DNA from: Thermoproteota archaeon
GTDB lineage: Archaea > Asgardarchaeota > Jordiarchaeia > Jordiarchaeales > Freyrarchaeaceae
Length of the DNA: 60,738 bases
Direction: 5' to 3'
Assembly (NCBI GenBank): GCA_029258835.1
Contig: JAPDJY010000049.1
Span: 1-60,738, forward strand
Below are positions 59,166 to 60,738 of the stretch, piece after piece. The first letter of the stretch is position 1, and the number at the start of each line of letters is the position of its first letter. The position numbers and the translations under genes were made by a program. The notes under the pieces are model-generated. The model did not search any database and was not told where the DNA came from. It was given only the letters and a program-made list of their open reading frames with translations.

Positions 59166-60194
59166 CTAAAGTACCCCGTTGCTTATATACCATGAAATCG
59201 TTTCAGCCAGGCCAACCCTCCTATCAGGGTAAATGAACTTGTAGCCAGCCCTCTTCAGCTTCTCGTTGGAGAAGTAGTAGTTTCCGAAAAGGTAGTTGAG
59301 CATGTCGGGCTCAAGCTTCTGCCTTTCCCCTCTCCGCTTAGCCATGAAAGCTGAAAGCTTAGAAGCCTGCATAAGTATCTTACCGAACAGCTTAATAGGG
59401 CTCACGGGCACCTCCATCGGGTGCGCCCCCGTTAAGGCTGCAATCAACTCAAGAGTCTCCCTAGCATTAAGAGTGTTATCGTCAACCACATTATACACTT
59501 CCCCTACTGCCTCCCTTTTTCCTGCAAGAAAGTGTGCAGCACCAATCACGTCCGCCACGTGAACCATCGGTAAGGAAAGCTTACTTGCATTCTCGGGTAT
59601 AAACGGCAACACTCCTTTAGCCACAAACCAGATTATGTTGTAAACACCGTACATGTTTCCTGGCCCATATATGGGAGCAGGCCTGATCACGGTTACGGGT
59701 AAACCATACTCCTCACAGTACCTTAAGGCGAGAGCTTCCTGCTCTCTCTTAGACCTGTCGTAAGCCCCTGGGCACTCCTCGACTAAGGGTTGATCCTCGG
59801 TCACAGGGAGCCTATAGTTTTTCTCGTTGACGACCCCGTAAACTGCAACCGAACTCCACAATATCACCCTTGGCCTTCCTCCACTGTCAAGGATTGCGTC
59901 CAAGAGGTTTTTTGTCCCATCAACGTTCACCAGTCTAAGCTTTTCAAATGGTGCCAAGTAGTCGAAGAGAGCTGCAATGTGAAAGACAACGTCGACGTCT
60001 CTTACAAGCTTATCCAACTCCTTTCTTCGTGTTAAGTCTGCCTTTACGAACTCGACCCCCATACTCTTAAACTCCCTCACATCTCCCTTGATATCTGTAG
60101 CCCTAACCAAGTATCCTTTCTCAGCTAGGAACCTGACTGCATATTTACCGTTAAACCCTGTAGCCCCCGTAACTAAAACTCGCTCACTCACCAT
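59166..60194 (-). CDS. Extended SDR / NAD-dependent epimerase-dehydratase (3-beta-HSD-like)
   Basis: VTGATGFNG, HIAA, VNV.GT, YDRSK, RPAPIYGP. Confidence 0.88.
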   Translation of the reverse strand: MVSERVLVTGATGFNGKYAVRFLAEKGYLVRATDIKGDVREFKSMGVEFVKADLTRRKELDKLVRDVDVVFHIAALFDYLAPFEKLRLVNVDGTKNLLDAILDSGGRPRVILWSSVAVYGVVNEKNYRLPVTEDQPLVEECPGAYDRSKREQEALALRYCEEYGLPVTVIRPAPIYGPGNMYGVYNIIWFVAKGVLPFIPENASKLSLPMVHVADVIGAAHFLAGKREAVGEVYNVVDDNTLNARETLELIAALTGAHPMEVPVSPIKLFGKILMQASKLSAFMAKRRGERQKLEPDMLNYLFGNYYFSNEKLKRAGYKFIYPDRRVGLAETISWYISNGVL

Positions 60195-60340
60195 CCAACC
60201 TCCCAACACCGCCCTGATTTTTTCCCAAAAATGAGAAATTCCTCTTTTTTTTCTTATATTTTTTTCTTTCAGGGTTCTTCTGTTGCGTTTACGGGTGTTG
60301 GAAGATAAAGTGTTTAGGTTTTCTGGTGTTGCGCCTTTAG

Positions 60341-60362
60341 GAGACGTGTTTAAACATGTCTC
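60341..60362. promoter_or_regulatory. Palindrome centred on a TATA box upstream of RHH-tnpB
   Basis: gagacgtgtttaaacatgtctc (one mismatched pair). Confidence 0.6.
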
Positions 60363-60531
60363 GACGTTATAGGGTATTATGGTCTAAGACGGATAGAAAG
60401 ACAACAGTAACTCTCCATAAATCGACCTTGAAGAAACTGGCAGAGCTTAAAGTCCATCCTAGGCAAAGCTATGAAGAGGTGATATGAAGCTTCTGGAGGT
60501 GTATGAGGAGTGGAAACGGTCAAAGCGGTGA
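60356..60531 (+). pseudogene. Small ribbon-helix-helix protein with a frameshift
   Basis: KTTVTLHKSTLKKLAELKVHPRQSYEEVI(fs)MKLLEVYEEWKRSKR*. Confidence 0.65.
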
Positions 60532-60738
60532 AATGTGTCGGCATTCCCTATCAGCCCTCACAGGATGTCCTCAGGCTTCTTGAGACGTTCAGGGATATGA
60601 TCAACTACTGCATTCGCATAGGGTTAGAGGAGAGGATAACTTCAAGGTTTAGGCTTACAAGAGAGGTCTATCACGAGTTAACCAAGTATGGCTACCACAC
60701 TTGGTACGTGCTTGGAGCCATCGAAGTCGCCACAGCTA
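60510..60738 (+). CDS. tnpB: TnpB/Cas12f-like RNA-guided nuclease, N-terminus (runs off the window)
   Basis: METVKAVKCVGIPYQPSQDVLRLLETFRDMINYCIRIGLEERITSRFRLTREVYHEL..Y..HT.Y...AIE.A resembles archaeal TnpB N-termini; RuvC not visible. Confidence 0.72.
   Translation, partial: METVKAVKCVGIPYQPSQDVLRLLETFRDMINYCIRIGLEERITSRFRLTREVYHELTKYGYHTWYVLGAIEVATA

Overview
Archaeal chromosomal segment with roughly 50% GC, BRE/TATA promoters, GGAGGTG-type RBS and frequent GTG/TTG starts. Gene content suggests an anaerobic, probably thermophilic heterotroph; an Asgard (Jordarchaeia/Freyarchaeia-like) origin is plausible but is inference only. The left half is mostly acyl-CoA and lipid metabolism: acyl-CoA synthetases, a thiolase beside a Cys-less HMG-CoA-synthase/DUF35 fusion, two ADP-forming acyl-CoA synthetase alpha subunits, enoyl-CoA hydratase, an acyl-CoA dehydrogenase-wHTH fusion, and a radical SAM/B12-radical SAM pair resembling the Gms/Gmm tetraether-lipid modifiers. 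The right half holds C1/energy genes (hdrA-mvhD, polyferredoxin, hdrC, hdrB, mer, metV-metF, a RimK-like ligase). Five toxin-antitoxin pairs and several decayed genes are scattered through the window. The notable items not covered by the ORF track are: (i) two ~240-bp miniature IS200/IS605 derivatives that appear to consist only of left end, promoter and omegaRNA/right end, a third omegaRNA-like remnant, and an RHH-tnpB locus starting at the right edge; (ii) a frameshifted double-LAGLIDADG gene with a coupled partner ORF, lying between two diverged copies of the mer promoter and 5' end that break at the conserved WITDH motif; (iii) recoding or initiation oddities, namely an in-frame TAG-CTG junction between polyferredoxin and hdrC, an in-frame TGA in a UbiA gene, and a MoaD tail frameshifted into a ubiquitin-like LLRLLGG. 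No rRNA, tRNA or CRISPR array was recognised. All family calls come from motif recognition, not database searches.
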